A DNA stretch of 64,000 nt from a virus (taxonomy: Duplodnaviria > Caudoviricetes): positions 160,001-224,000 of IMG/VR virus record IMGVR_UViG_3300031992_000007; one strand, written 5' to 3'. A model generated the notes under the pieces. That model saw only the letters and a list, made by a program, of their open reading frames with translations. It was not told the origin of the DNA and did not search any database. The stretch's first letter is position 1; each line of letters begins with the position of its first letter. Below, one piece after another: positions 29,343 through 38,800 of this stretch. A program made the translations under genes and the position numbers.

Positions 29343-30005
29343 TTAGAAGTCAAACATGTCCTGAGGTATAGCATCAGAATCCTTTTGTGAATTTTTAGTT
29401 CCTTCTTCACCACCGTCAACCAAAGCCTTCTCCGCTCTGGCAAACTCTTCCTCACTTCCCTTATCAGGTGGGTTGATAGCGGTGATAAGCTGACCTATTA
29501 CGTAACCGTACTTCTCGAACTCTGCCTGAGCAATGGGATTGTCCTGAGCTTTGGCAGTGTTAAGGAACGAGTTAATCAATCCGGCAGCCACATTACTACC
29601 AAGTTCGTTCAGCGTCTTAAGCTGTCTAAACATGGCAGGGATAGTGTGGACTACCTCGTGGTACTGACGTGTTCCCGGCACGTAAATAACTTCCCCAGAG
29701 AAGTCTTCAGGGTCAGATACATATCCACCATAGATCTTGATCGGGTGCTGGAGAGAGAAGGTGCTCTGATAAGCAGTATAGAGTTTCTTCTGCTCTCTAT
29801 CAGACATCCTCTCCATAGCCTTCTTGTTGAATAGAGGCTGGAACTTAGCAAATGCATTAACACTAACAATGTTGGATTCGGGGATCTGTACCTTGAGGAA
29901 GGCTTTGCAGTCGCCAGCAAGAGTTCTACGTTCGGTATCAGATGGCCTCTCAACCTTCTGAATGTTAGCTTCCGAAGGTATTACTGGTTCACTAGATTGA
30001 GACAT
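29343..30005 (-). CDS. Core-block hypothetical protein (phiKZ gp64-like)
   Basis: GGAGG RBS; synteny; acidic C-terminus. Confidence 0.55.
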   Translation of the reverse strand: MSQSSEPVIPSEANIQKVERPSDTERRTLAGDCKAFLKVQIPESNIVSVNAFAKFQPLFNKKAMERMSDREQKKLYTAYQSTFSLQHPIKIYGGYVSDPEDFSGEVIYVPGTRQYHEVVHTIPAMFRQLKTLNELGSNVAAGLINSFLNTAKAQDNPIAQAEFEKYGYVIGQLITAINPPDKGSEEEFARAEKALVDGGEEGTKNSQKDSDAIPQDMFDF

Positions 30006-30016
30006 TTAAATCCTCC

Positions 30017-30451
30017 TTACTTAGAGGTAAAGGTTGGGGTAAACGAAGCACCATCCTTACCTACCTTGATCTGCTGTCTCGGGATAATGGCTGATTGATT
30101 CTTGTCAACCATCGCGATAGCAAGACCATAGTTGCCTTGATACGTCCCGTCATCCGCATAGCCATCTTTCTTCTCAACAGTTACCAAAGCCTGGTACTCC
30201 ATATCCGGAAAGTAGTGAGCCAACGCATCCGTTAGACGAACTTCGATCTCGTGTGCAAGGACATCCGGCTGACTTCCATACTGAGCCTCAAGATACTTGT
30301 AGCTCAGCATTTCATTTCTATTAATGGTGGAAGTATGACCAGGGTTGTTGAACAGCCAGGTGATGAGATAGAGTGCAACATCAGCAGGTTTCTTCAAGTT
30401 GGGTGAAGAGATGCTGAAGCACGTCGGACATACAGGAGTTGGCTCTGCCAT
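30017..30451 (-). CDS. Core-block protein (phiKZ gp62-like)
   Basis: Motif S......LSYKYL..QY...P..L...I...L...L..YF; synteny. Confidence 0.55.
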   Translation of the reverse strand: MAEPTPVCPTCFSISSPNLKKPADVALYLITWLFNNPGHTSTINRNEMLSYKYLEAQYGSQPDVLAHEIEVRLTDALAHYFPDMEYQALVTVEKKDGYADDGTYQGNYGLAIAMVDKNQSAIIPRQQIKVGKDGASFTPTFTSK

Positions 30452-30454
30452 TTC

Positions 30455-30985
30455 CTAGTTCCTTTCTGAAATAATTTTGTCTTTCCGTACCTTCTTGATT
30501 TCTGTCCAGATAGATTTGAACAGCATATAACGGTTACGGACTTCTGCCATATCGAAGTTGCTCTTGCGCAGAGTAAACATATTGCTCAGAGGGAACTTGT
30601 TGAATGAAGACTGCAAGTCATTCGGACTCTGAGTGATGGTGAATGTTGGTAGAGTGTATACATACTCGTCGTTGAACTCTATCCTTGCACATATTGCTGC
30701 CGCACCATCGTCCACAACCTCTACGAGCAAGTAGATGCCTGTGTTAACTACAGCAACGATATTCCCAACTTCAGGTGTAGCAAGCATAGCTGGGATAACA
30801 TCGTTGATGACGCTATCGTCCATAGATACCATACCTCCACTTATGGCTTTGACTGCTCCAGTAGTGTGAAGGTAGTTGAGTATTCCGGACTCTTTGACAC
30901 CAAGACGTGCTTGACTGTCATCTGCTGTCGCTGGTAGCCGAAGAAGTTTCTTCTTAAGTTCCATATAGGACATTGTGATGTTCAT
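30455..30985 (-). CDS. Core-block protein (phiKZ gp61-like)
   Basis: Start revised to 30985 (AAGGAG); synteny. Confidence 0.5.
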   Translation of the reverse strand: MNITMSYMELKKKLLRLPATADDSQARLGVKESGILNYLHTTGAVKAISGGMVSMDDSVINDVIPAMLATPEVGNIVAVVNTGIYLLVEVVDDGAAAICARIEFNDEYVYTLPTFTITQSPNDLQSSFNKFPLSNMFTLRKSNFDMAEVRNRYMLFKSIWTEIKKVRKDKIISERN

Positions 30986-31061
30986 GGATTTCTCCTTTCT
31001 AGACAAAAATAAAAGAAGCACGATGACTCACGAGGAGTCATCGTGCACGTAAGTGTTACAA

Positions 31062-31706
31062 TCAATCGACCGGTTGAATGTCGCCCATCCGATTGGGGAA
31101 GTCCGTGAAGTCTCGTTTATCTCCCTCGGGACCCAGCTCAGCCTCCAAGAAGCTGCAGATGAAGTCTCTGGTAGTTTCGATCTTCTCCAACTCCTCACTC
31201 GTGAACTCAGGATCATTGGACTTGAACGTCCATGTAACCAGCCCATCCGGTTTGTAGTCCGGATCGGAAGTACTGAACCTGCCGTTCTTGATGAGACGAC
31301 CGACCACATCCTCTTCAGGCATATCCTGACTCTTGACGCCCCATGCACTAAGCTGCCCACTTTCGTAGAACGGCCTGATACGAGGATCTGTAAGAATAGG
31401 GATGTACATACATGCAGGGATGCTGAAGAAATCTTCGCTGCACAGGATCTCTTGGACCTTGTTCGGACACACTTCCGCCTCGATGGTCTTGAGCACCGTG
31501 TCATGAATCTCCTGTGCCTGACTCATAACCATATTCGAGAACGCTTTGAACTTCTCACCGAACGTATCTTGACCGAATATGACTCCGCCTCCCGCATTAC
31601 GCCAGGATTTGTTGAGCTCATTCAGCACGGCCTGCTGACCATATCCTCCAGTATAAACACCAAGAGGTAGGGAGACCGGCATGTCAATGAATTGAAGTAC
31701 CTCCAT
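31062..31706 (-). CDS. Core-block protein (phiKZ gp59-like)
   Basis: Motif IPACMYIPILTDPRIRPFYESGQLSAWG; first gene after nvRNAP beta' N; start revised to 31706 (GGAGG). Confidence 0.55.
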   Translation of the reverse strand: MEVLQFIDMPVSLPLGVYTGGYGQQAVLNELNKSWRNAGGGVIFGQDTFGEKFKAFSNMVMSQAQEIHDTVLKTIEAEVCPNKVQEILCSEDFFSIPACMYIPILTDPRIRPFYESGQLSAWGVKSQDMPEEDVVGRLIKNGRFSTSDPDYKPDGLVTWTFKSNDPEFTSEELEKIETTRDFICSFLEAELGPEGDKRDFTDFPNRMGDIQPVD

Positions 31707-31781
31707 TGTATCCTCCAAACTGATTTAAAGATGGCTTCATATAGATGATATATGTTTGTAACTTGATACAACTACCGAACG

Positions 31782-31808
31782 CCTACCGTCTCGTGATGAG
31801 ACGGTAGG
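31782..31808 (-). terminator. Hairpin after the nvRNAP beta' N gene
   Basis: cctaccgtctc / gagacggtagg perfect 11-bp stem. Confidence 0.55.
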
Positions 31809-31828
31809 TTGTCCGATAGAGTAAGTTG

Positions 31829-33463
31829 TTACGCCACTTTGGGATGCAACTCGTTCCAATACTTGTCCAGATCAAGCTGATCATCATCCGTGAAATACGA
31901 ATGACTTGCAATAGCCATCTCATCGGACATGTGAACTGTGGACGAGAGTGCCTCACCCGTACCATTCAACAGAGTCATGGACGGATGGATCTTAAGGAAG
32001 TCGATAACTGATCCCATCTCCTTGATCGAACTGAGGTAGAGTGCGTCCCCGTCGTAGTCTGCATTGGGCGCCGTTATGGAGAACGGACTCATACCTACAG
32101 TATCGTCATAGATGTTGGTCTTGAACCCCGCAAAGAATAACTGCACGGCACCTAAACGCAAGGTCGGGTTACGCCCCATAGTTACCGGTAGACCTTTATA
32201 CGGACACTGATCCACAAGATCCTGCAAACACATCTGGACCATGTGCGTCATGTTCAAGACTTCCTGTTTCACCCGCTCATCCTTTTCATCTTCCGATGGA
32301 GGAACAAGAGCTTGTGTCCAGTAAGCCATAGCTGTCGGGTGGTTCAATCCGAACTTCCGTCGAAGGACGTTCAGGATCTCCAGTTTGTACATACCAACAG
32401 CCATCTTCCACGGTAGCTCGACCTCATCAGCCATGTGTGGTTTGATGATGGGGACGATAACGCCGCGACCTGAGCAGTGCACACGTGCACCGAGAATGTT
32501 CTTGCGGGCAAATCCTTTCTTGCCCTGTATCTTGTCTTTAATGATCGAGTCAGTGTAGTTCATCCACGACTTGAACGCACCGAAAGCTCTCTGGTCCAAC
32601 GTCTTTTCTGACTTGACTGGGTTGTGGTTGTACTGCTGGATCATGTTGTGGATTTCCAAGCACGTTTCCAGGATATACCCAGACGAAGTATCGTCGTACC
32701 GCATAGAGCCGTTGGTCGTGATGACGTGGAGCGACTGATTCAATATAGGGATGTGTCTTGTGAACAAGCGATCTTTGTATCGCTCTAGGAACCTGAAGAT
32801 ATCTGTATCGCCAGCAGCCTTCTGACCTTTGTGCTTGGACGCAATGTAGTTGATGATATCCCAGAAGTTGTTGTAGAAGTACGTCATACCTCCTCTTGTG
32901 AACATGGTGTTCAAAGGTGGAGGGACGTCAGCATCGATGTTTAGGATGCTGTCCAGGATACTTACCTTGCGTTTGGCTGCGCCTATCCACTTATCCAAGA
33001 CTCTGTAGACTACAGGCTGTAGGAAAGGAGGGAAAGGCTCAGGTATCTCGAGCCAGGCTCGGATAGCTATTTCGTCGGCGAACAGAGTGTGAACTTTAGT
33101 TTTGCAAATAGGACACGTAAGATCCAGATTGGGGTTGCCCTTGAGATGACCACAGTCACACGACGCGACGTAATTGATTCCGCCGTCGGAGGTCATGAAC
33201 AGCCTATCGACGATGTCGTCAACAGAACCACCCATAGCCACACTATCGTTTTCTGCACCACATGGGAGCAACATAGCACCTTTGGCTCGACTCTCTAGGA
33301 AAAGCTTGTCGAAATCCAGGACTTCTAGTTTGCTGACCACCTGAGTGACTTTGGTACCAAGATACGATGAACGCCAAGCTTTAAGAAGCGGCATCCAGTG
33401 CTGGGCAACTTGTTCGTTCTTGAAGATCAGTGGTTCATACCACTCTTGTTTCGTTTGTCCCAT
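31829..33463 (-). CDS. Non-virion RNA polymerase beta' subunit, N-terminal/catalytic part (phiKZ gp55-56.1-like), uninterrupted
   Basis: Zn ribbon CDCG...CPIC, GKKGFARKNILGARVHCSGRGVI, RNPTL and catalytic NADYDGD. Confidence 0.93.
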   Translation of the reverse strand: MGQTKQEWYEPLIFKNEQVAQHWMPLLKAWRSSYLGTKVTQVVSKLEVLDFDKLFLESRAKGAMLLPCGAENDSVAMGGSVDDIVDRLFMTSDGGINYVASCDCGHLKGNPNLDLTCPICKTKVHTLFADEIAIRAWLEIPEPFPPFLQPVVYRVLDKWIGAAKRKVSILDSILNIDADVPPPLNTMFTRGGMTYFYNNFWDIINYIASKHKGQKAAGDTDIFRFLERYKDRLFTRHIPILNQSLHVITTNGSMRYDDTSSGYILETCLEIHNMIQQYNHNPVKSEKTLDQRAFGAFKSWMNYTDSIIKDKIQGKKGFARKNILGARVHCSGRGVIVPIIKPHMADEVELPWKMAVGMYKLEILNVLRRKFGLNHPTAMAYWTQALVPPSEDEKDERVKQEVLNMTHMVQMCLQDLVDQCPYKGLPVTMGRNPTLRLGAVQLFFAGFKTNIYDDTVGMSPFSITAPNADYDGDALYLSSIKEMGSVIDFLKIHPSMTLLNGTGEALSSTVHMSDEMAIASHSYFTDDDQLDLDKYWNELHPKVA

Positions 33464-33499
33464 TTCGCTCTCCTAAAAATAGAGTTGAAGAAAGATTAA

Positions 33500-33529
33500 A
33501 CCCACCGATGACCGAAATCATCGGTGGGT
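33500..33529 (-). terminator. Terminator downstream of chimallin
   Basis: acccaccgatga / tcatcggtgggt 12-bp stem followed by a T-rich stretch on the minus strand. Confidence 0.7.
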
Positions 33530-33551
33530 CGTACAGTCTCGCCCTCTATTC

Positions 33552-35162
33552 TTAGAATGCGAAGCCGCCCGCAGAGGCCCAGAGACCCGCCGGCGCGATG
33601 CCCGACTGGAACATCGGCATGGTACCGATATTCTCCACATCGAACCCGCGGATGGACGACAGATCGTACGTGGCCTCGGCAAAGGTGCCATCGACCTCGA
33701 GCATGATCGTCTCGTTCATGTCGTTGGTGATGTTGCACACCCACTCCGGCTCGAGGACCGTGCGTGTCGTGATGTAGCGCATCTGAGCACCAGGCACGAA
33801 GTGCTTGACGATCTCAGCACGCTTGGACGCATCGACCATCGGATCGGTATCGATCACGAACTTGTAGAGGTCCGCAACCTCGCCCGAATCGACGCCCTGA
33901 CCGATGAGGTACAGCGGATCGATCGTACGAGTGTCGACCTCCATCGCCGTGCCCTTGCTGACGATCTTGCAAACGCCATCGAAGCGACGACGATCGACCT
34001 GGTGGATACCACGGGCGCTGGAAGCACCCTTGCCACCGGTGAACGAATCGATCTCCGCATTGAGCTTCGCCGGGTTCGTGAAGATGTCCTTGAGACCAGG
34101 CATGAGCGGCTGGCCGAGCTGGACGTCGAGCGCCAGACGCGGTACCTTGTTCGCCAGGTAGTTGTTGAGGATGTTGTTCCTCGAGACAACGTCCGTGACC
34201 GTGTAGAGCTTGCCTGTATCCTGATCGACCGCGAGCTTGCCGATATCCGGCGCGTCCTTGGTGTAACGGGAATACGGCTCGAGCCACTGACCCTTCGTGA
34301 TGAAGACCGTCGCGGAAGCCGCAAGACCTAGAGCCGTGAGACGGCTGGTCGGACGACGCGAGTAGATGCCAGTGATGATGAACACCGGAGCATGACGGAG
34401 CTCGCTCGTGAACATCGAACCGGACTTCGCATAGATGAACTCCGTGTAACCTGTGACAGCAACGAGAGGAATGACTTCCATTGCCTGCTTGCCATCCGCA
34501 CCAACCTGACCCTTGATCGGGCGAGTGCCGTAGATGAGGAAGCCGACGTCATGACGAGGAAGCACATCGATCGGCCAGCAGCTGCGGATGTACTGAGTCA
34601 CACGCTCGGGATCCGTGGTGACCTTGAGAACCGTGTCCTTGAACGAAGCGATCGAGAGATGCTTCATCTCCGAGTCGGTCTCGCAGATCATGTAGTTGAT
34701 GATGAAGGACGACATGCTCTCGGCGAGATCATACATCGGCTTCGTGACGAGAATGAACTGTTCGAGCTTCTCCGGATCGATCTTGGCCTGGGAGGCGAGC
34801 GAGTTGCGGAAGTCGTTGATGCTCGCAGCAGCAGGCATACCGTCACCCGTGAACTGGAGCGTCTCAAGCATAACGAACCCGAACACCTTGTCGAAGATCG
34901 ACAGAGCGTAACCTTCGTAGTTCGCACCAGCGATGCGCGTCATCGTGGCTTCGGGGAACGAAGCCTTGACAGCCGTCTCGATCTTGTTGATGTATTCGCG
35001 ACCCTCAACAGAAAGCGTGGACGCAGTGCGCGCCATCTTCATGATGTCGAGAATCGAACCAGCGCCTGCAGGAGCAGACGTCGTGACCGTGGTTTTCGTA
35101 GGGGCGCCTGCATCTCCCGTGGGAGCGGCACCACCCCTGAACAACTGAGTAGTATCAGCCAT
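33552..35162 (-). CDS. chmA: Chimallin, major phage nuclear shell protein
   Basis: Immediately upstream of nvRNAP beta' N, as for phiKZ gp54/gp55. Collinear family-like motifs PVFIITG, LGLAA..VF....W, DIGKL, ALDV..G, DTRTIDPL and R.VL.P.W. Has its own promoter and terminator and strongly biased codons. Confidence 0.85.
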   Translation of the reverse strand: MADTTQLFRGGAAPTGDAGAPTKTTVTTSAPAGAGSILDIMKMARTASTLSVEGREYINKIETAVKASFPEATMTRIAGANYEGYALSIFDKVFGFVMLETLQFTGDGMPAAASINDFRNSLASQAKIDPEKLEQFILVTKPMYDLAESMSSFIINYMICETDSEMKHLSIASFKDTVLKVTTDPERVTQYIRSCWPIDVLPRHDVGFLIYGTRPIKGQVGADGKQAMEVIPLVAVTGYTEFIYAKSGSMFTSELRHAPVFIITGIYSRRPTSRLTALGLAASATVFITKGQWLEPYSRYTKDAPDIGKLAVDQDTGKLYTVTDVVSRNNILNNYLANKVPRLALDVQLGQPLMPGLKDIFTNPAKLNAEIDSFTGGKGASSARGIHQVDRRRFDGVCKIVSKGTAMEVDTRTIDPLYLIGQGVDSGEVADLYKFVIDTDPMVDASKRAEIVKHFVPGAQMRYITTRTVLEPEWVCNITNDMNETIMLEVDGTFAEATYDLSSIRGFDVENIGTMPMFQSGIAPAGLWASAGGFAF

Positions 35163-35270
35163 TTCTGTATTTCCTTTGTTTTTGTGTTAACACTGCTACT
35201 CCATTGCTGAAGCAGCGACCTAGGTTTCGTCTCAGCCTCCAGCAGACAATCTAGAGACTTCAACAAATTG

Positions 35271-35278
35271 GTAATATA
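35271..35278 (-). promoter_or_regulatory. Early promoter TATATTAC for chimallin
   Basis: Exact match about 110 nt upstream of the chmA start. Confidence 0.72.
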
Positions 35279-35288
35279 TGCACAAACA

Positions 35289-35990
35289 TTACACGGAAGT
35301 TTGTGCATCTTCTGGTTTGCGAGCTTCTTCAGGAACGACTCCTTCACGAATCGTCGCAACACCATTGACGACGGTATTGGCAGACTTAACTACCTTTTCT
35401 GCAGCCTCGACAATATCGGACTGTTTACTGGCCGTGTCAGCAGCTTTAGCCGCAAGAGCTTCAAGAGTTGCAGGATCGACCATGATCTTGATCTTACCTT
35501 CACGTGCAGCTTCAAGAACCTTGCTAAGCTTCTTATCTCCTTTACCACCTTGAAGGGTGATAACGAAATCGATCTTGCCAAAACAGTCAGTATAGGTGAT
35601 CTGTTTGATAGGCATGTACACGAGTTCGGACTTCACCCAAAGACCCATGTACTCAAGATTGGACTCAAGCTTACCAGGCGAGTTATCTGTCATTCCGTGA
35701 TAATAAAGACACGGATAACCATAAGTCGTTTTCTTGTACTTGATGCCAACCCAACCCGCACTGTCTTTAAGTTCGGTACTCTCGAGCATGCACTTGATGA
35801 ATTGTCCAACAACAGTGATGTTGTGTTTCTTCATCCAGTGAGGATTGACGATACCGTGAGCTCTACCAGCACTGTCTTTCTCAATGAACTTGGTGATAGA
35901 ATTCAAAGCAGAATCTTCTGATGATGCAGGAGGGGCTTCTTTGTCGGACACAACGTGCATTACGGAACTCCTTTCAATTTTATGTTCCAT
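35289..35990 (-). CDS. Hypothetical protein (233 aa)
   Basis: Long ORF with coding-like codon use; Ala/Lys-rich helical C-terminus. Confidence 0.65.
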   Translation of the reverse strand: MEHKIERSSVMHVVSDKEAPPASSEDSALNSITKFIEKDSAGRAHGIVNPHWMKKHNITVVGQFIKCMLESTELKDSAGWVGIKYKKTTYGYPCLYYHGMTDNSPGKLESNLEYMGLWVKSELVYMPIKQITYTDCFGKIDFVITLQGGKGDKKLSKVLEAAREGKIKIMVDPATLEALAAKAADTASKQSDIVEAAEKVVKSANTVVNGVATIREGVVPEEARKPEDAQTSV

Positions 35991-36062
35991 TTTTCAACTA
36001 GCTTTAACAGCAAGTCATACCAGTGGAGCGAAATCGTAAATTTATATCAACTGGAGGAACCG

Positions 36063-37235
36063 ATGATCAGACCGTTACTTGATGTTATCCCAGCAGGGAA
36101 CCGAAAGTATCCGATCCGCTATAGACGTTCGATCAACATCCTGTATTCCAGATTGGACTACCTGAAGTTCAAGTTTCTCGAAATGGGAATGACAAACTCT
36201 TCAGGTCTACTCCTTATTAAAGCACTGCTTGAAGGAGCAGACTTGAATGAGATTGATTCGTATCAGACTGACCTCGACAGGTTCATTTACGTGATCCAGT
36301 CTTACAAACAGTCGAGACTCAATCAGTTCGATCCCGTGTACTCCGGAAAATTTACAACCGGATACTTTTCTTCAGGCCAAAGTTCCTACGCTGGAATAAC
36401 GGAGATCTTACTCGACGTAGATACTGCTCATCCGCTCAATACTCTCCCCTTGGAGAAAGATTGGTCAGAGTGGCAGTATTTGCGTGGTCTTCGGATCATT
36501 TCACACGACTCACTGGAAATTCCAGAAACGATCACTTCTTCTCTTATTACCTTCGTTAAGGATGCACCAACAATCCTTGTCATGTCGATCGATGTTCCTG
36601 TACTCCTCTTCAAATACTACAAGTACTGGAAGAATTGTAAGGATGCCGGAATCGAATGTGTGTTGACTGACTTCCTTAAGAGATATGAGTACGCCAATTT
36701 CTTCTCTGATCTGTTGGATGCATGGGTTCTCAATTTGTTCCCATTTGTCTTTACAGCTAGAGGACAGAACTTGACTGTCAACGAAGTGGTCAAAGGTCTG
36801 ACAGTTCCTACAAGAGTTGCAACTGACAATGTCCTTAGAGAAGTTGTTGGCGGACTCTTCGAGTATGCAACTCTTTACCAACAGAACTCTCTCAAACCTC
36901 AGGACTTCATGGATACTCCATGGATGCCAAACAACCAGACATTCAGAGAGAAGATATTGGACTACTGTGATCGTGTACAGTTCCCGCCACAACGCAACTA
37001 CTTGTGGTGCAAAGCTCTATTCTGGCTTCCGTTCGTTGATATCATCACAAGTTCCCTCATCGTGTTCCCCAGTAGTCCGGTGTCTAACCAGATAGCTGCT
37101 AGGGCAAGACAGCTTTGGAGGAAGGAATTCCAGTTCTCTAACATGACAAGTATAGCTAGAGGGACGGCTGTTAAGACAGCAGCCTCTGGTATAGGAGAAA
37201 TGCTTGAAGAATTGACGAAAGAACGGGCGGGCTGA
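36063..37235 (+). CDS. phiKZ-like putative virion structural protein
   Basis: Start revised to 36063 (GGAGG); motifs EILL, W..L..LRII.HD and IDVPVL...Y..Y resemble conserved phiKZ-like virion proteins. Confidence 0.55.
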   Translation: MIRPLLDVIPAGNRKYPIRYRRSINILYSRLDYLKFKFLEMGMTNSSGLLLIKALLEGADLNEIDSYQTDLDRFIYVIQSYKQSRLNQFDPVYSGKFTTGYFSSGQSSYAGITEILLDVDTAHPLNTLPLEKDWSEWQYLRGLRIISHDSLEIPETITSSLITFVKDAPTILVMSIDVPVLLFKYYKYWKNCKDAGIECVLTDFLKRYEYANFFSDLLDAWVLNLFPFVFTARGQNLTVNEVVKGLTVPTRVATDNVLREVVGGLFEYATLYQQNSLKPQDFMDTPWMPNNQTFREKILDYCDRVQFPPQRNYLWCKALFWLPFVDIITSSLIVFPSSPVSNQIAARARQLWRKEFQFSNMTSIARGTAVKTAASGIGEMLEELTKERAG

Positions 37236-37310
37236 TACTCTGGTGCCGAGGCTCTCGCCCCAGCACAGATTCATATGTATAGAGTCAGCTGTATAAAAGA
37301 ATACACCGAT

Positions 37311-37339
37311 AGGTACCCTGCCGTAGAGGCAGGGTACCT
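37311..37339. terminator. Bidirectional terminator between convergent genes
   Basis: aggtaccctgcc / ggcagggtacct perfect 12-bp stem, with A-rich and T-rich flanks. Confidence 0.7.
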
Positions 37340-37350
37340 TCGGGGTTATT

Positions 37351-38790
37351 TTAAACATGCGATTCGCCAACAGCTTGAACATTGTCGTAGTTCAACGTAA
37401 CTGCAGCCGTACACACCATCATCGGCATGATAGGCGTATCAGCACGAATGAACTCGTACATAACCTTCTCGGCCTGTCCGACTATCTTCTTCAAACACTG
37501 AGGGTGGTCGTAGTAGAAGAACACCTTGGTGTGAGGAGTGAAGATCCATGGTTCGGCGTAGTTCCAGACAAACATAAGGGAAGTTCCTTGATACGACCTA
37601 AGCTCACTCTTGATCTTGTAGTCGTTATCCTTACCTCTCTGTTGTTCGAATTTAACCACCTGCTTCTTATCAACAGGATCGGTCGAAAGGACTTGGAGAA
37701 GGTTACGGTGCCTGGAGATCTTCCACTTGTTATCTGCGATGAGCTTACGGTGGCCATCAAGGATGATCTGAGACTGCTGAGAGTCAATACCAGTAGGAGC
37801 ATTCTCAGTTCCTAGATCACTCCAGTTGATAGCATCAACTTCATCGTTGACCAAGATGTTAACACCAGCTGCAGGGCACTTATAATGCCAACACTGCTGA
37901 CCCTTCTGGATGTTACCACCTACAGAATACACATGGATAGGATTCTCCTTACGAGGAGATCCGTATCTTGGGTAAACATACCAACAGTTCTTTTTGAGAC
38001 ACTTCCAGTATCTGGTGATGTAACTGCAGAACCCGTTGTTGTAAACTCCAAGACCAGGAGCGTTCTGAAGATAGGACATAGCCTCTTCGAAATGCATGTA
38101 GGGGATCAAAAGGTTAGTGTACTTCCACTTGTTGTCTGGAACAGCTATCTGCTCCTTGGCGATATGAAAGTGCGACACAACACTCTCAATAGCCGAATCC
38201 ATCTTCGTATTCTTGAGAAGAAGGTTGATCATCTGCTTACGAGCAGAGAAGATGTCTGGGAAGATGAACTCTACCTTCATGTGGTAGGTGGCTCTATCCC
38301 TATCATGTTCGTCTCTATCACCATCCATGCGACAGGGTGATTTCTTACCATCCCACCACTGAGGATAGATACGATCTACACTAAGCTTCTTGAAGATATC
38401 CTCGTACTCAACAAGCACGCACTTGAAAGTGAAGGTATTCTCATCAGAGGCTTCCTGCCACCTTTGAATAGCATCTTTGTGAGTAAGGGTAGGATCAACC
38501 TGACCGATAGTGCACTTGCACTTGAGGTTCTTCCTTAAGAAGTACAGTGTAATGTACTCATTACGGTTGAGCTCGAGATCGCAGGTGATCTTGTCGGTTA
38601 TGTTGTTGACGAAGTCCTGCTCGATCGTGAAACGTTTGATTGCGTGCTGCAGAAGGTCAACACGTACTTTGGGGAAGATGTCGGAAGTGAAGATAAGCTG
38701 GATGTTATACACACAGGATTTCTTAACTACCTTCTTCCTGATCTTTTCGACAGCTTTCGCCATCGCGTCTGTCATATCTGTACCTAACAT
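37351..38790 (-). CDS. Virion structural protein, phiKZ gp101-like (baseplate hub-like)
   Basis: IEQDFVNNITDKI, LLIPYM, YLQN..G.GVYNNGFCSY and WYVYPRY motifs; gp98-101 synteny. Confidence 0.65.
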   Translation of the reverse strand: MLGTDMTDAMAKAVEKIRKKVVKKSCVYNIQLIFTSDIFPKVRVDLLQHAIKRFTIEQDFVNNITDKITCDLELNRNEYITLYFLRKNLKCKCTIGQVDPTLTHKDAIQRWQEASDENTFTFKCVLVEYEDIFKKLSVDRIYPQWWDGKKSPCRMDGDRDEHDRDRATYHMKVEFIFPDIFSARKQMINLLLKNTKMDSAIESVVSHFHIAKEQIAVPDNKWKYTNLLIPYMHFEEAMSYLQNAPGLGVYNNGFCSYITRYWKCLKKNCWYVYPRYGSPRKENPIHVYSVGGNIQKGQQCWHYKCPAAGVNILVNDEVDAINWSDLGTENAPTGIDSQQSQIILDGHRKLIADNKWKISRHRNLLQVLSTDPVDKKQVVKFEQQRGKDNDYKIKSELRSYQGTSLMFVWNYAEPWIFTPHTKVFFYYDHPQCLKKIVGQAEKVMYEFIRADTPIMPMMVCTAAVTLNYDNVQAVGESHV

Positions 38791-38800
38791 AAACTCTCCT

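Noticed and set aside
33496-35365. Many overlapping ORFs across chimallin
   Set aside because: By-product of GC-rich biased codon usage; only the 536-aa frame has family motifs, promoter and terminator.
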